Below, piece by piece: positions 42,151-53,447 of a DNA stretch of 64,000 nt. The position numbers were made by a program, and so were the translations under genes. Numbering within the stretch: position 1 is the stretch's first letter; every line of letters begins with the position of its first letter. The DNA comes from Ignavibacteria bacterium (lineage in GTDB: Bacteria > Bacteroidota > Ignavibacteria > Kapaibacteriales > Kapaibacteriaceae). The notes under the pieces were generated by a model. It searched no databases. It worked only from the letters and a program-made list of their open reading frames with translations, and was not told where the DNA came from. The stretch is from assembly GCA_947495975.1 (NCBI GenBank), contig CANMBE010000006.1:951-64950 (forward strand). Reading direction: 5' to 3'.

Positions 42151-44355
42151 TCAACGGAGGCGTATCGTCTGCCCCTTGCGAACAACGGTAGATTTCCGCA
42201 GTGACGCGTTCTTAGCCCGTATGGACTCTATGGTAACCCCAAACCGATCTGCAATCTCCTGCAGGGTATCTCCGGCCTTTACCTTGTAGTTCCGTGGTAG
42301 GGAAGCCTTTGGCTGCGAAGGTAGGAAAGTGCTCGCCTGTATATCTGCAACCCTACTCTTTGTTACGGATGTCTCAACATCAATCTCCACTCCGGCTATG
42401 AGTACGCTTTTGGGCTTAAGTCGGTTAAGCTGTCTGATACGCTCTGGCGTGGTCCCATAAGCTTCTGCTAACGCAGTGAGTGTTTCACCCTTGCGGACCT
42501 TGTGTTCAATAGTGCGGGTGATCGCCAACCGCTCTATAGCGGCGCCCTTTTTTATTGGAGAGTCTGTGATTGATACGATCAGCGTATCACCAATGCGGAT
42601 GTTCTCTTGATCGTATGGCAGGTTATTCCAGTTGCGCACGTCGGCAATCCGAACGTTAGACTTACGAGCGATAGAAGAGATGTTGTCTCCACTGCGGACT
42701 ACGTACTTCGAAGTGAGAACCTGACTCTTTTCTGCGGCTGGCGGTGTAACAACCTTTGTTGTGATGGCTAACTCAGCTGGTTCTGCGCCACGCGAGGTAA
42801 CTGGCACACGAAGATTGCTTCCTCTACGAAGCTTTGTCTTGTAGCCACTAAGGCCATTCACTTCAGCAATCTCTGACCCTGAAACACCATACCGGCGAGA
42901 GATTGAGGCAAGCGTTTCACCACGAGCAACCTTGTGGTTTACCCACGGACGCTTCTCTTGATCGGTAAGCATTGCATACCGCTTGTGAAAAGCTTCAGCG
43001 GTGCCTGGATAAAGCTTGAGGAGATACGTTCCAGTTGGTGGAGTGCATCCACGCACAAGCTCTGGGTTTAGCTTCTTCAGTGAATCAACTGGGATGTCAC
43101 AACAACGGGCTAGGACAGAAAGCTGCACGGGCTCTGTAATCTTGGCTGACTCGTACCGAAACGGCTCGTGAAAACGTAAAGAATCGTCTGGGAAACCATA
43201 CAGTTCGCGGTTGGACACAATGAGTGTGGCAGCAATAAATCCGGGTACATATTGCTGCGTTTCGCGGGGTAGAAACGGTTGGATCTGCCAAAAATTTGGC
43301 TTCTCAATGCCGGACTTGCGAATTGCTCTACGAACGTTTCCACCGCCGCAGTTGTATGCTGCCAATGCCAACTGCCAATCGCCGAGGTCATTGAAAAGGT
43401 CCTTCAAAAATCGCATCGCTGCACGAGTAGATTTCTCAGGGTCGCGCCGTTCATCAATCCAATACGTTACGTTTAGATCATACTCCTCACCTGTTGGCTG
43501 CATGAACTGCCACATACCAACAGCACGTGCTCGAGAGAATGCATTTGGGTTAAGCCCCGACTCAACAATCGCAAGGTGAGCAATTTCCTCTGGTGCATTT
43601 TCTTCTCGTGCAATACGCTTGATGAAGTCAAACCAACGTCCAGTGCGCTCAAGCGAGATCTTCATAAACTTGCGACCAAGCTTCTGCGTGAAGAAGTTGA
43701 TGTTCTTCTGCACCGACTCATTGTACGTCAGCGGAATGATGGTTTCCGGAATCGTTGAAGGCGGCTCAGGCTTCGGAACAACAATGGTCTCAACTGTTGG
43801 ACGAGACGCTTCCACTTCTTCAAAGAGCCGCTCGCGGAGAACAAAGACTGATGAGTTCTCATCTAGGTTGTCAATGTTCTGCACATAGGATTCGTAGTCT
43901 TCGATTACGGCCTGTACAAGGTCTGTAAAGTCTACGTTCTCTTCGATGCGTGGATATGAAGCTAGGTCGTTAAGCAAGGCAATGGCCGACTCAAACTGAA
44001 CCGCTGCCGCAGCTGTGTCTCGCTGCTCAACAAGTGAAAGTGCCTTCAGATAACGCTTCCGAGCACGCTCCAGATTGGATGTAACCTCAGGATCCCATTC
44101 TCCGGCAGTGGAGGTCTCTTCGTCTAAATCGCTGAATTCATCAGGGAAGACCGGGCGCTGGCGTGCCGAGTCGGGGATAGAGGCTAGAAACGAGGGTTTG
44201 CCTTGAAGGGTAGTGCTTAAGAGATCCGGTGCCGACATTACAATGCAGGAAAGTACAATGGCCATAAGCCACAATCTGCTGTTGTGTATGTGGGTTGTAC
44301 GGATCATGCTCTTCCTTTTGCAACAAATATACCACTGAGCGAGCAAGGACGCCAA
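42151..44355 (-). CDS. Membrane-bound lytic murein transglycosylase D-like protein (SLT domain plus several LysM domains)
   Basis: ES...GMWQF...AYNCG SLT motifs; three or more C-terminal LysM repeats (e.g. YKVKAGDTLQEIADRFG). Confidence 0.8.
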   Translation of the reverse strand: MASLLAQWYICCKRKSMIRTTHIHNSRLWLMAIVLSCIVMSAPDLLSTTLQGKPSFLASIPDSARQRPVFPDEFSDLDEETSTAGEWDPEVTSNLERARKRYLKALSLVEQRDTAAAAVQFESAIALLNDLASYPRIEENVDFTDLVQAVIEDYESYVQNIDNLDENSSVFVLRERLFEEVEASRPTVETIVVPKPEPPSTIPETIIPLTYNESVQKNINFFTQKLGRKFMKISLERTGRWFDFIKRIAREENAPEEIAHLAIVESGLNPNAFSRARAVGMWQFMQPTGEEYDLNVTYWIDERRDPEKSTRAAMRFLKDLFNDLGDWQLALAAYNCGGGNVRRAIRKSGIEKPNFWQIQPFLPRETQQYVPGFIAATLIVSNRELYGFPDDSLRFHEPFRYESAKITEPVQLSVLARCCDIPVDSLKKLNPELVRGCTPPTGTYLLKLYPGTAEAFHKRYAMLTDQEKRPWVNHKVARGETLASISRRYGVSGSEIAEVNGLSGYKTKLRRGSNLRVPVTSRGAEPAELAITTKVVTPPAAEKSQVLTSKYVVRSGDNISSIARKSNVRIADVRNWNNLPYDQENIRIGDTLIVSITDSPIKKGAAIERLAITRTIEHKVRKGETLTALAEAYGTTPERIRQLNRLKPKSVLIAGVEIDVETSVTKSRVADIQASTFLPSQPKASLPRNYKVKAGDTLQEIADRFGVTIESIRAKNASLRKSTVVRKGQTIRLR

Positions 44356-44567
44356 ACCGAATGACGCATTGCCAGTGAACGGAAGTTCATGAAATATCAG
44401 GTGTTAGCTCGATAGTGCTTATCGCAGACCGTGTGATATCCAAGCCTTTATCGTGCCAACGGAGCAGCCGTTCACTTTTAGTCCTGACGGTGGCATCGGC
44501 ACAAGGCCAGTTGCACGAGACATCGTTTATACGAGTTGGCCACTCCGTGCTGTTGTTGTCATCGCCA

Positions 44568-44813
44568 TCACGTGGAGAGGCCCACCCCTAGAAGGTGCTC
44601 AAATTCATTGCGAATGCAATGTTCGTGTACCAAACGCATGATGTGAAGCCGACTGCGTAGGTATTGCGAAGCCCCGTCATCGCCATCTTCTTGCGCTGTT
44701 TCAATCATCATTTCAATCTCCATTTCTTCGTCCAGCCACGCACGTTCTGCGTTGCGCATTGATTCAACGTGTTCCATATAGCGCTCCATATCGTCGATAT
44801 CATTGAGGGTCAT
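44568..44813 (-). CDS. Small acidic hypothetical protein
   Basis: 81-aa ORF; Glu/Asp/Met-rich; no homology recognised. Confidence 0.25.
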   Translation of the reverse strand: MTLNDIDDMERYMEHVESMRNAERAWLDEEMEIEMMIETAQEDGDDGASQYLRSRLHIMRLVHEHCIRNEFEHLLGVGLST

Positions 44814-45088
44814 AAAAGTGCTCCATCATATAGTGTCGGTGTTTGTCTCTGTGCCGCAGCAGGAGCAAAACGTGACATTAAGACCTCGTGAATGACACCG
44901 TAGAACAAGCACGAAGATGTTCCAACCCTGATCGTGAGCGCCCGTTCTGGCGCAAACATTCACAGTTAACAACGTGCGGCTTCTCATGAACACGCTCACT
45001 GACGAATGAGGATCTCAGCGTGATTTATACATTCGTCACACATCTAGGCCCTAAAAGCGAAACAGTCTCCGCTGGTCTATATATCGAC

Positions 45089-46648
45089 TCACCTAGCCTC
45101 TCGTAATACAACGAGGTATGTGCCATGTGGTGCATGCCTCGTATGTTTTCCTACGGAAAGTTCTTCGTTTACAACTTTGCCGAGCCATCTGCCAGATACA
45201 TCATATGCGTCAACATCGATGTTGCCGCTTACGAGAACGGATACGTAAACGTTACGTGATAGAACGTCGAGTTGCACGGATGTGGGTGATGGGATTGCAT
45301 CATGAACATCTAGTGGACCGTCTTCGAGCCGACCTTGTTTTGTGAGTGTCTTGCCAGCAAGTGCCGGGTGATCTGGTCCAAAGCGGTAGACCTTAAAGAT
45401 CATTGTGTTACGTGGAGTTTGACCCTGTAGTATTGGCCCCATGTTGCCAACGGGGCTCACATAGCGCCACACTTCTTTGCCGTCAGCGGTTACTTCAGTC
45501 AATATTCCCTGAGGCCCTAGACACGCCAGCGTATTTCCATTGGGCATGCGTGTTGCGCCGCTGATGTTGGTTGCGTAGAACTGTGTGGTGCCAATCTCCG
45601 GATATTTCCAAACAGATGTAGCTGGACCGAATGCTGCATTCGGTTGGCGAAGATAGTTGCCCGATGCATCAAGGGGCACAACAATCTCTTCAACTGTTGA
45701 ATAATTTGTTGGCGTGGAGTTGGGTCTGTTGGACCCATTGTTGAACATCGTAATACGCGTGCCGTTTGAATCAAGCCAACGAGCATCATGTTGGGCAAAA
45801 AGTTTTTGATCTGCCATTGTCCCACGCTGATAGAGCATAGGATTACCCCAGCGATATACGATATCGCCCGACGTACGAGAAATAATCCACAATTCGTTCA
45901 GGTTATGAATGCTCACAAGGACTTCATCGCGCTTTGCGTTATAACGCACAGAGTTCATATGTAGCCAATCAGAGCGCGTTCCACCCACGTTAATGTCAAT
46001 TCGATCTGGACTGTTTTGTCCTGGACTATAGTTGGGTTTTGAAGGGTCAATGGATTGGCACATGTGATCCCATGATGACCACGACCAGACAATCTCACCT
46101 GTGGCAGGTCCGGTCTGACGTACCTCGATGATTCGTTCTGACCACAGCTCATTCTCTGTCAAACGAGATTCAATTCTTCCTTGTGCAATGGCTTCTTCGC
46201 GCGTATGACTTTCCCATACAAGGAGTAGAATGTTGCCGTTAGGAAGTATCTCAACATCGTGATGAAGCCGATACGTGCTGCCATAATGTTCGAACAGCCA
46301 AAGCAGTTTGCCATCCCAGTCAAACTTTTCTACTAAGCCCCCGGCACCGCCGCCACCCATTGACTGTACAGCAGGTGCTCCTGTTCGAAGGAGTGTGCCG
46401 TCATTGAGCAACATGACAGCTTGACCTGGACCGTATTGACTGCGCCACTGTTTTACAACTTGGCCATCATTGTCTATGAGATACGTGGTCTTTGATGTAA
46501 TCGGAGCAAAGAGTGTGTAGCCGTTGTACGAAAGTGATGGATCATGTTTAAATACACCAACGGTCTGTTGCGCATGCGCACAGAAGGCAACAAACAGAAA
46601 AAGGAAGATAACTTTCATCGCAAAGTCCTTTGAAGTTCTATACGCCAC
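45089..46648 (-). CDS. Arylsulfotransferase (ASST)-like beta-propeller protein with T9SS C-terminal sorting domain
   Basis: Signal peptide; family resemblance only; C-terminal CTD-like tail ...GTYLVVLREAR. Confidence 0.45.
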   Translation of the reverse strand: MAYRTSKDFAMKVIFLFLFVAFCAHAQQTVGVFKHDPSLSYNGYTLFAPITSKTTYLIDNDGQVVKQWRSQYGPGQAVMLLNDGTLLRTGAPAVQSMGGGGAGGLVEKFDWDGKLLWLFEHYGSTYRLHHDVEILPNGNILLLVWESHTREEAIAQGRIESRLTENELWSERIIEVRQTGPATGEIVWSWSSWDHMCQSIDPSKPNYSPGQNSPDRIDINVGGTRSDWLHMNSVRYNAKRDEVLVSIHNLNELWIISRTSGDIVYRWGNPMLYQRGTMADQKLFAQHDARWLDSNGTRITMFNNGSNRPNSTPTNYSTVEEIVVPLDASGNYLRQPNAAFGPATSVWKYPEIGTTQFYATNISGATRMPNGNTLACLGPQGILTEVTADGKEVWRYVSPVGNMGPILQGQTPRNTMIFKVYRFGPDHPALAGKTLTKQGRLEDGPLDVHDAIPSPTSVQLDVLSRNVYVSVLVSGNIDVDAYDVSGRWLGKVVNEELSVGKHTRHAPHGTYLVVLREAR

Positions 46649-46708
46649 ATGAATCTGTAAAGTTAGGACCTAGTCCAATTTTGATGCGTGGAGAGATACA
46701 GGCTAGTC

Positions 46709-47917
46709 TTAGTTCTGCTGTTGTGAGATTCTTCCGCCACAAACACACAGAATTGTACGATGTTTTGATGCTACCGCGGCATACACGCCATCAGCGAATG
46801 GGAGCAGGTCATTGAGAGCATCAACCTGACCAACAACAGAACCTTTTAAGTCGAGAATCAGCCACGGACCAATATTCTCGGTTCTATGGGTGTCTTCTGA
46901 CACGAACACAGATCGTTGGATCATGCGTGCACAAAACACAGCCGCCGCACTATCAATGCGCCGCTCATCATGCAGTGCATGGGCAGTCCCTTCATAGATC
47001 CACGTTTCGTATTGATCGGTTGGGATGCCACGCTTTTCAAATTCTCTTTTCATGGCGCAAGTACCAACAAACTGAGGATAGTTCGCTGACACATTAAGTG
47101 GAAGTCCCCAAAGCCCCCTAGCAATTGCACATGGAACAACGGGATCTGCTCGTTGATGATAGCTATAGGTTGGTACGAATGGCGCGCCTTGCAGCAGCCT
47201 AATGTCTATTAGCGAACCAAAAATGTTCACCGTTGCACGAATAGAGGGAAGGGGCGTACCAGGGAGTAACTCTCCATGTAGGGAGCCAATGTGTGGCCTC
47301 GGAAACTGATCAAAGCCACGCACAACCGGACTGATCTCTCCAAGAAAGAGCGGACGTGGATCTGAATCATCAAGGTAGGACGCATGAAGTGCGATCATTG
47401 CACCAGCGCTTCCGCCACCAACAACTATACGAGATGTATCGATGCGGTACCGGGAGGCGTTCACAACGAGATATTTCAGTGCCGACCGAAAATCCTGAAC
47501 GCCACGGTACAACGCACGTAGGACTTCTGCGGTGTCATAGGCAAAGGGAGGGTCAAAAAGTAATGGACCATAGAAGCCCAGGCGGTATGATATTGTAACG
47601 GCTACGTAGCCCCGCTCTGCCCAACGTTTGCACAGAGCGTTCATCTCCGCTCTGTTGCCACCAATAAAGCCGCCGCCGTGCACCCAGAGTACGAGTGGCC
47701 TGCTTGCTGCACCATCATCGGTTGGGTAGTAGACGTTCATGCGCAACGTATCGATGCGACCATTAAATGCTGGCGCAGTTGTGTATGCGATATCATTTTC
47801 AGAAACGGCAGTATATCTAACGTCAACGTATGGCTGTGCAACAATGGCAATGCTGCCAAGGAAAAACATCAGCGCGAATATGAGGTTGTGCATAAGGCAA
47901 ACGTAATGTGAAATCAA
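46709..47917 (-). CDS. Secreted alpha/beta-hydrolase (carboxylesterase/lipase family)
   Basis: HGGGF oxyanion motif and GGSAG nucleophile elbow. Confidence 0.75.
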   Translation of the reverse strand: MISHYVCLMHNLIFALMFFLGSIAIVAQPYVDVRYTAVSENDIAYTTAPAFNGRIDTLRMNVYYPTDDGAASRPLVLWVHGGGFIGGNRAEMNALCKRWAERGYVAVTISYRLGFYGPLLFDPPFAYDTAEVLRALYRGVQDFRSALKYLVVNASRYRIDTSRIVVGGGSAGAMIALHASYLDDSDPRPLFLGEISPVVRGFDQFPRPHIGSLHGELLPGTPLPSIRATVNIFGSLIDIRLLQGAPFVPTYSYHQRADPVVPCAIARGLWGLPLNVSANYPQFVGTCAMKREFEKRGIPTDQYETWIYEGTAHALHDERRIDSAAAVFCARMIQRSVFVSEDTHRTENIGPWLILDLKGSVVGQVDALNDLLPFADGVYAAVASKHRTILCVCGGRISQQQN

Positions 47918-48408
47918 CTACCGTGTCAGACTATCTTCGTATTTACCAATTCTTGGACCAAAAGATGATCATCGATCAATTCAGCGAAACATCGGCTTTT
48001 GAGCATCTGACTTGGTTTGTAGCTATTCAAGAGTATGTATTGAACAACAATCTGCACGAAGCCGATGCCGGTAGGTATGATATTGATGGTGACGATCTGT
48101 TTGTAATCATTGCCGATGACACAGCACGAGATGTACATCCGCCCCTTGAAGCTCACCGCACGTACATTGACCTTCAGCTTACAATTGAAGGATCGTTTGA
48201 CGTTTTGTGGCGTCCACTTGCACAGTGTGTTGATCTGCTTCAGCCATATAGTTCAGAAGACGATGTGTTATTGATGTCGGACAGCGCAACAACCTGCCTA
48301 ACGCTCAGCGAAGGAATTGCCGCTGTTTTCTTCCCAGGTGATGCGCACGCTCCTCAACCACCATCGGTGTCTGTGCGGAAGGCAGTCTTCAAAATTAAAG
48401 TCCCATAA
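47908..48408 (+). CDS. YhcH/YjgK/YiaL (DUF386) family protein
   Basis: 166 aa; family-typical C-terminal FFPGDAH. Confidence 0.65.
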   Translation: MKSTTVSDYLRIYQFLDQKMIIDQFSETSAFEHLTWFVAIQEYVLNNNLHEADAGRYDIDGDDLFVIIADDTARDVHPPLEAHRTYIDLQLTIEGSFDVLWRPLAQCVDLLQPYSSEDDVLLMSDSATTCLTLSEGIAAVFFPGDAHAPQPPSVSVRKAVFKIKVP

Positions 48409-48511
48409 GGGGCTCCTGGCTCACCCCGTATTGCAACAACTACGATAGTTGTGTGACAAACCGTAGGTATGTGCGATCTTCGCGGATTGGAATACACATG
48501 AGCCACGCAGA

Positions 48512-48766
48512 ATGACAGACGATCCTGAGCTAGAATATTCGCCCCTTTGCAGAAGTATCACAGAAAACGATAGAACACTAGAGGTGTACATCTTCCGACA
48601 ACGTGGCAATACCCCGTGGCATTTGGAAGTTGTTGATGATCATGATCACTCGTCGGTCTGGGAAGACCCATTTCCATCAGATGCCCAGGCACTTGGAATG
48701 GTTCAGCGCATTATTCGCGAGGAAGGCTTTGTTGCTTTTCTTGGACCCGGACCAGATGACGAGTAG
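48512..48766 (+). CDS. Small hypothetical protein
   Basis: 84-aa ORF; acidic termini; no homology recognised. Confidence 0.35.
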   Translation: MTDDPELEYSPLCRSITENDRTLEVYIFRQRGNTPWHLEVVDDHDHSSVWEDPFPSDAQALGMVQRIIREEGFVAFLGPGPDDE

Positions 48767-48834
48767 GGGAGCGAGGTCTCTCTGCGCAAGTGGGCCTTGC
48801 TGTAGTTATTCAATGACACCGTAGGAGTGATACA

Positions 48835-49374
48835 ATGGAAATGGCTCTCAACATTGATGTGATACTAGCTGTTCTTGCTGCTATATCTGTTATTGTCTTT
48901 GTGATGTTTCGTGTTCGGGACAAGTTTAAGCCGCTTGACCCTAAAGACATTGTGGTGACGGTGCTAGATGTAGATGTTGTGTGCCAAGCAGTTCGAGATT
49001 CAACCGCACTGGATGTGTTTGCAGTGTTCCTCATCCCAAGCGTACAAACATCAGCGGATGATGGTGTTCCATCTGTTGAGTTGGCGCTCTTGAATGGTAT
49101 TGTGGGAATCGACTATGTGTTGCTTTCAAAGGCAAATGTCGAAAAACAACAGAGCTTTGTAGACCTTGCAACGGAAATGGGGCACACGGTTGTTGAGCAC
49201 GCGCTGGGTGATGTTCCATACCTGCGAGTTGAGGACGGTGATGTGCCGCAGTTAATGAGAGAATGCTTGCGGAGGATATTTCATCTCGATGATGATGAAC
49301 TCATGAGTATCGTGTTGGAAGGGGTTGATCACTCTACCGTTGTTCCACTTCTATCAAAGATGCGAGCACGATAG
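48835..49374 (+). CDS. Hypothetical membrane-anchored protein (1 N-terminal TM helix)
   Basis: 179-aa ORF; hydrophobic N-terminus VILAVLAAISVIVFVMF. Confidence 0.35.
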   Translation: MEMALNIDVILAVLAAISVIVFVMFRVRDKFKPLDPKDIVVTVLDVDVVCQAVRDSTALDVFAVFLIPSVQTSADDGVPSVELALLNGIVGIDYVLLSKANVEKQQSFVDLATEMGHTVVEHALGDVPYLRVEDGDVPQLMRECLRRIFHLDDDELMSIVLEGVDHSTVVPLLSKMRAR

Positions 49375-49673
49375 ATTCATCAATGCCATTCCTAGTTGAG
49401 TTCAATCCACTCATTCGTCCATATGTAGTTCTGCGATTTGAATCCATGTTGTGTGCGGCACTATTTTGCCAAGCTTCAGTGCACATTTGGATGAGAGGTC
49501 CGTTGACCCTTACTTCAAGACCACGTAATGGCCGTCATCTACCCCTTCCGGTTGGTAGATATCCAATCGTTTCCCCGTGTCCAACGCTTTCTTGCATAGC
49601 TTGATGGCAACGTGTAGCTCGCTGTTATCGTGGGGGTAACTCAAAGCATACGTCTCTATGTAAGACGACAACG

Positions 49674-50615
49674 TCAACCGATGTAACTCGCAGATGTTTT
49701 TAACTCTTCATTGAGTGCATAAGAAAACCCCTTCTGTATGCTGTATGCCCCGTGACGTCTTTGGCGATCGATAGCGAGAATGCCAACCTGAAAATCTTTG
49801 TAGTTGCTGTGCTTGGAAACAATACGCTTGATAGCTGTTTCGCACGCTTGTTGGGGCGAAGCTCCTGACCGCATGCTCTCCACCGCTAGGAATGAAGCCA
49901 GGGTGCGAAGCACGCTCTCTCCAAGCCCCGTGCATGTTGCAGCTCCAACTTCATTGTCAACATATAGTCCAGCTCCAATGATTGGGGAGTCACCTACCCG
50001 ACCATGCGCTTTAAAAGCAAGTCCGCTTGTAGTGCACGCACCGGCCATTTCACCTGAACTATTTATTGCAAGCAGTCCAATCGTATCGTGGTTTTCAATG
50101 TTAATGACGGGCGAATAGTTTTTCTCTTTGCACCACACTTCCCATGCCTTTCGTGCCTGAAGTGTAAGAGCGTTTGGCACTTGAGAAATTCCTTGCTCAC
50201 GCGCAAAGCGTTCAGCGCCCAATCCCGCAAGTATTACGTGCGGCGTGCGCTCCATCACCATCCGTGCAAGTGAAATAGGGTGTGCGATGCCTTGTACAAA
50301 ACATACGGAGCCTGCCCTGCAATCGCCCGTCATGATCGATGCATCAAGAGTAACAATTCCATCCCGGTCTGGTAACCCCCCCAACCCAACACTGAGGTTT
50401 GTAGGGTCTGCCTCCACGATCATTACCCCATGCTCAACAGCATCGAGCACAGTGCCACCATTACGGAGTGTTGCGCGTGCAGCGATGTTAGCGGGGAGGC
50501 CATGATTCCATGTTGATATCACCAGCGTGGCATCATCAGAGCGTGCAAAAATACGAGAGGTTGATGCTAAGGTGGCAACTCCCACAGATGTTTGAAGAAA
50601 GGAGCGTCGGTTCAT
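49674..50615 (-). CDS. Tat-secreted isoaspartyl peptidase / L-asparaginase (Ntn-hydrolase, glycosylasparaginase-like)
   Basis: MNRRSFLQTSVGVATLAS Tat signal; HDTIG...GDSPIIGAG Ntn motifs. Confidence 0.85.
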   Translation of the reverse strand: MNRRSFLQTSVGVATLASTSRIFARSDDATLVISTWNHGLPANIAARATLRNGGTVLDAVEHGVMIVEADPTNLSVGLGGLPDRDGIVTLDASIMTGDCRAGSVCFVQGIAHPISLARMVMERTPHVILAGLGAERFAREQGISQVPNALTLQARKAWEVWCKEKNYSPVINIENHDTIGLLAINSSGEMAGACTTSGLAFKAHGRVGDSPIIGAGLYVDNEVGAATCTGLGESVLRTLASFLAVESMRSGASPQQACETAIKRIVSKHSNYKDFQVGILAIDRQRRHGAYSIQKGFSYALNEELKTSASYIG

Positions 50616-50864
50616 AGTAGCGTTACGCTTGATGAGAGTAGCGGCACAATACCGAGTGCCGCAAACATGTAAAAAACTGTCATATCATATTGTGTTTGCA
50701 ACCAAACATAGCACTCTATTGAACAAGCGTAAAGGGCTGCTTCGCGTTTACATGCTGGAATCACTCCCGTAGCTCGGAACTTATGTCCTTAGCTACTGGA
50801 GCAAAAACAACGAACTCGGCAATACGATGTACACCTGGGTAGTGTGTTCGCGTAGTATGTTGTC

Positions 50865-51110
50865 TTAACGAAATGGTGAGGTGTTCTTTATGTTGAATGA
50901 TATGCGAACGCTGTTACCAATGGTCGGTGACGATGGCTCACAAATGACATTCTTGACTTTCACAGATGCAGGTTTGTCATAACCAAGAACTGCAAGTGCG
51001 TGGACCTGTGCGAGAAGTGCCCAGGCCTTTGCTTTGTTGTCTTCCGTTCCAATAACTGACCAATGGTATGCAGCTGCATGCGCGTTTGCAGCTCGGTTAA
51101 TCGCTATGCC
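50865..51110 (-). pseudogene. Start-less open frame (about 80 codons, ...AYHWSVIGTEDNKAKAWALLAQVHALAVLGYDKPASVKVKNV...); possible gene remnant
   Basis: Protein-like translation with no ATG/GTG/TTG start, in a 570-bp gap between the asparaginase and aconitase genes. Confidence 0.25.
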
Positions 51111-51188
51111 TCATTGTTGCACTCCACTCCAAACCAATGATGTCGAATCCGAATATCATCATCAAGTGTTTGTGCACTCAAAATGATT

Positions 51189-53429
51189 CTATCGTCCTGC
51201 AATGAGATTAAGTGCCGACCCTGCCTTGAACCAACCGATTTGTTGCTGGTTCATTGTGTGCTTCAACTCAATGACATCAGATGTGCCATCAACGTGATTA
51301 CATGTTGCATCTATGTTTTTGCCAACAGACAAGGACTCAATGCTCATAGACACTCTATCACCTTCGCTAATTCTATCATAGTCTGCAGCGTTTACAAATG
51401 TCAGCGGCAACATTCCCTGCTTTTTGAGATTTGTTTCGTGTATCCGAGCAAAACTCTTAACGATAACTGCTTTGCCACCAAGGAAACGGGGCTCCATTGC
51501 AGCGTGCTCGCGGGAAGAGCCTTCACCATAGTTTTCGTCACCAACAACAACCCACGAAATCCCGCGCGCCTTGTAGTCGCGAGCAGTAGCAGGTACTTCG
51601 GCATATTCGCCTGTGAAAACATTCTTTACGGCATTGGCAGTGTCATTGGCATAGTTTATTGCACCAATAAACATGTTGTTGGAGATGTTGTCGAGATGCC
51701 CGCGGAAACGCAGCCATGGTCCGGCCATCGAAATATGATCCGTTGTACATTTTCCTTTTGCTTTCAACAGCAAAGGCATGTCAAGATAATCGGCAGACTT
51801 CGGTGCGGTAAAAGGGGCGAGTATTTGCAAGCGGCTACTATCTGGTGCAATTGAAATGCTCAATGCAGTTCCATCTTCCGCTGGTGCTACGTAACCATGT
51901 GGATCGGGAACAAATCCTTGCGCAGGGAGTTCGTAACCTGTTGGTGGTTGTAGCATCACACCATCAATCGGCTCCGTCATAAAATTCGTTGTAAGGTTGC
52001 CAGCCAATACAAATGCAGCAACCGTTTCTGGCGATGCTACAAATGCATGTGTTTCTTTGATGCCATCATTGCGACCTGTGAAGTTGCGATTGAAGGATGT
52101 GATAATAGAATTTCTGTCGCCCGGCTGCACATCATGTCTCTTCCACTGCCCAATACATGGTCCACATGCATTCGCAAGCACGGTGCCACCAATGGCCTCC
52201 ATTTTTGCTAAGAAGCCATCGCGCTCAATAGTTGCACGCACCTGCTCAGAGCCCGGTGTAATCGTGAATTCACTTTTGGCCTTCATTCCGTGCTCAGCCG
52301 CAAATGCTGCTATGTCTGCAACGCGACTCATGTCTTCATACGATGAGTTGGTGCAGGAACCAATAAGCCCCACGCGCAATTCTGCTGGCCAATTATTCTC
52401 TTTCACGGCCTTTACAAACTCTGACAGCTCCATTGCGCGGTCAGGTGTAAATGGTCCATTGATGTGGGGCTCCAAGACATCAAGGTTGATCTCGATCACT
52501 TGATCGTAGTATGCTGCAGGATTGGCCTCTACTTCAGCATCAGCGCGCAAGTGTTCTGCCACGCCGTTCGCAAGATCTGCAACGTCATCTCTTTCGGTTG
52601 AACGTAAGTAGCGCTCCATCGATGCATCATAGGGAAACACGGATGTTGTTGCACCAATCTCTGCGCCCATGTTACAGATTGTGCCTTTACCAGTTGCAGA
52701 AAACGAAGCGGCCCCACTTCCGAAATATTCTACGATTGCTCCCGTGCCGCCCTTGACCGTGAGAATGCCTGCAAGCTTTAGGATCACATCCTTCGGACTC
52801 GTCCAGCCATTCATTTTTCCCGTAAGCTTTACGCCAATGAGCTTTGGCATCTGCAACTCCCACGGCATGCCGGCCATCACATCCACCGCATCGGCACCAC
52901 CAACACCAATTGCTAACATTCCCATTCCGCCGGCATTAGGAGTGTGCGAGTCGGTGCCAATCATCATGCCACCAGGAAACGCATAGTTTTCAATCACCAC
53001 TTGGTGAATGATGCCTGCACCGGGCTTCCAGAAACCAATCCCATATTTTTCAGAAACGCTTGCAAGAAAATCAAAAACTTCTTTGTTTTCTGTGAGCGAC
53101 TTTGCCAGGTCCTCATTAGCCCCATGTTCAGCTCTAATGAGGTGATCGCAATGTACCGTTGATGGTACCGCCACCTTTGGAATACCTGCAGACGTGAATT
53201 GGAGAAGTGCCATCTGCGCTGTGGCATCTTGCATGGCAACACGGTCAGGGTGAAAATCCACATACGCACCACCGCGCATGAAAGCATTTGCCGGCAATTC
53301 TGTCACATGAGAATAAAGAATTTTTTCAGCGAGCGTTAGAGGTCTACCTACTAATGTGCGCGCTGCCAAAATTTTATTTGGCAGGTCTGCATAGACCTTG
53401 TTGATCATCGAGATGTCTTGAGTAGCCAT
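51189..53429 (-). CDS. Aconitate hydratase (mitochondrial-type / AcnA-like, 746 aa)
   Basis: Fe-S ligand region ...SCTNSS...; ...[10 protein letters not shown]...; domain 4 motifs. Confidence 0.9.
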   Translation of the reverse strand: MATQDISMINKVYADLPNKILAARTLVGRPLTLAEKILYSHVTELPANAFMRGGAYVDFHPDRVAMQDATAQMALLQFTSAGIPKVAVPSTVHCDHLIRAEHGANEDLAKSLTENKEVFDFLASVSEKYGIGFWKPGAGIIHQVVIENYAFPGGMMIGTDSHTPNAGGMGMLAIGVGGADAVDVMAGMPWELQMPKLIGVKLTGKMNGWTSPKDVILKLAGILTVKGGTGAIVEYFGSGAASFSATGKGTICNMGAEIGATTSVFPYDASMERYLRSTERDDVADLANGVAEHLRADAEVEANPAAYYDQVIEINLDVLEPHINGPFTPDRAMELSEFVKAVKENNWPAELRVGLIGSCTNSSYEDMSRVADIAAFAAEHGMKAKSEFTITPGSEQVRATIERDGFLAKMEAIGGTVLANACGPCIGQWKRHDVQPGDRNSIITSFNRNFTGRNDGIKETHAFVASPETVAAFVLAGNLTTNFMTEPIDGVMLQPPTGYELPAQGFVPDPHGYVAPAEDGTALSISIAPDSSRLQILAPFTAPKSADYLDMPLLLKAKGKCTTDHISMAGPWLRFRGHLDNISNNMFIGAINYANDTANAVKNVFTGEYAEVPATARDYKARGISWVVVGDENYGEGSSREHAAMEPRFLGGKAVIVKSFARIHETNLKKQGMLPLTFVNAADYDRISEGDRVSMSIESLSVGKNIDATCNHVDGTSDVIELKHTMNQQQIGWFKAGSALNLIAGR

Positions 53430-53447
53430 GATGATGTTTTTGTGTGG

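Noticed and set aside
51183-51854. 223-aa ORF on the plus strand
   Set aside because: Lies entirely antisense within the well-supported aconitase gene; low-complexity, Cys-rich translation; spurious.
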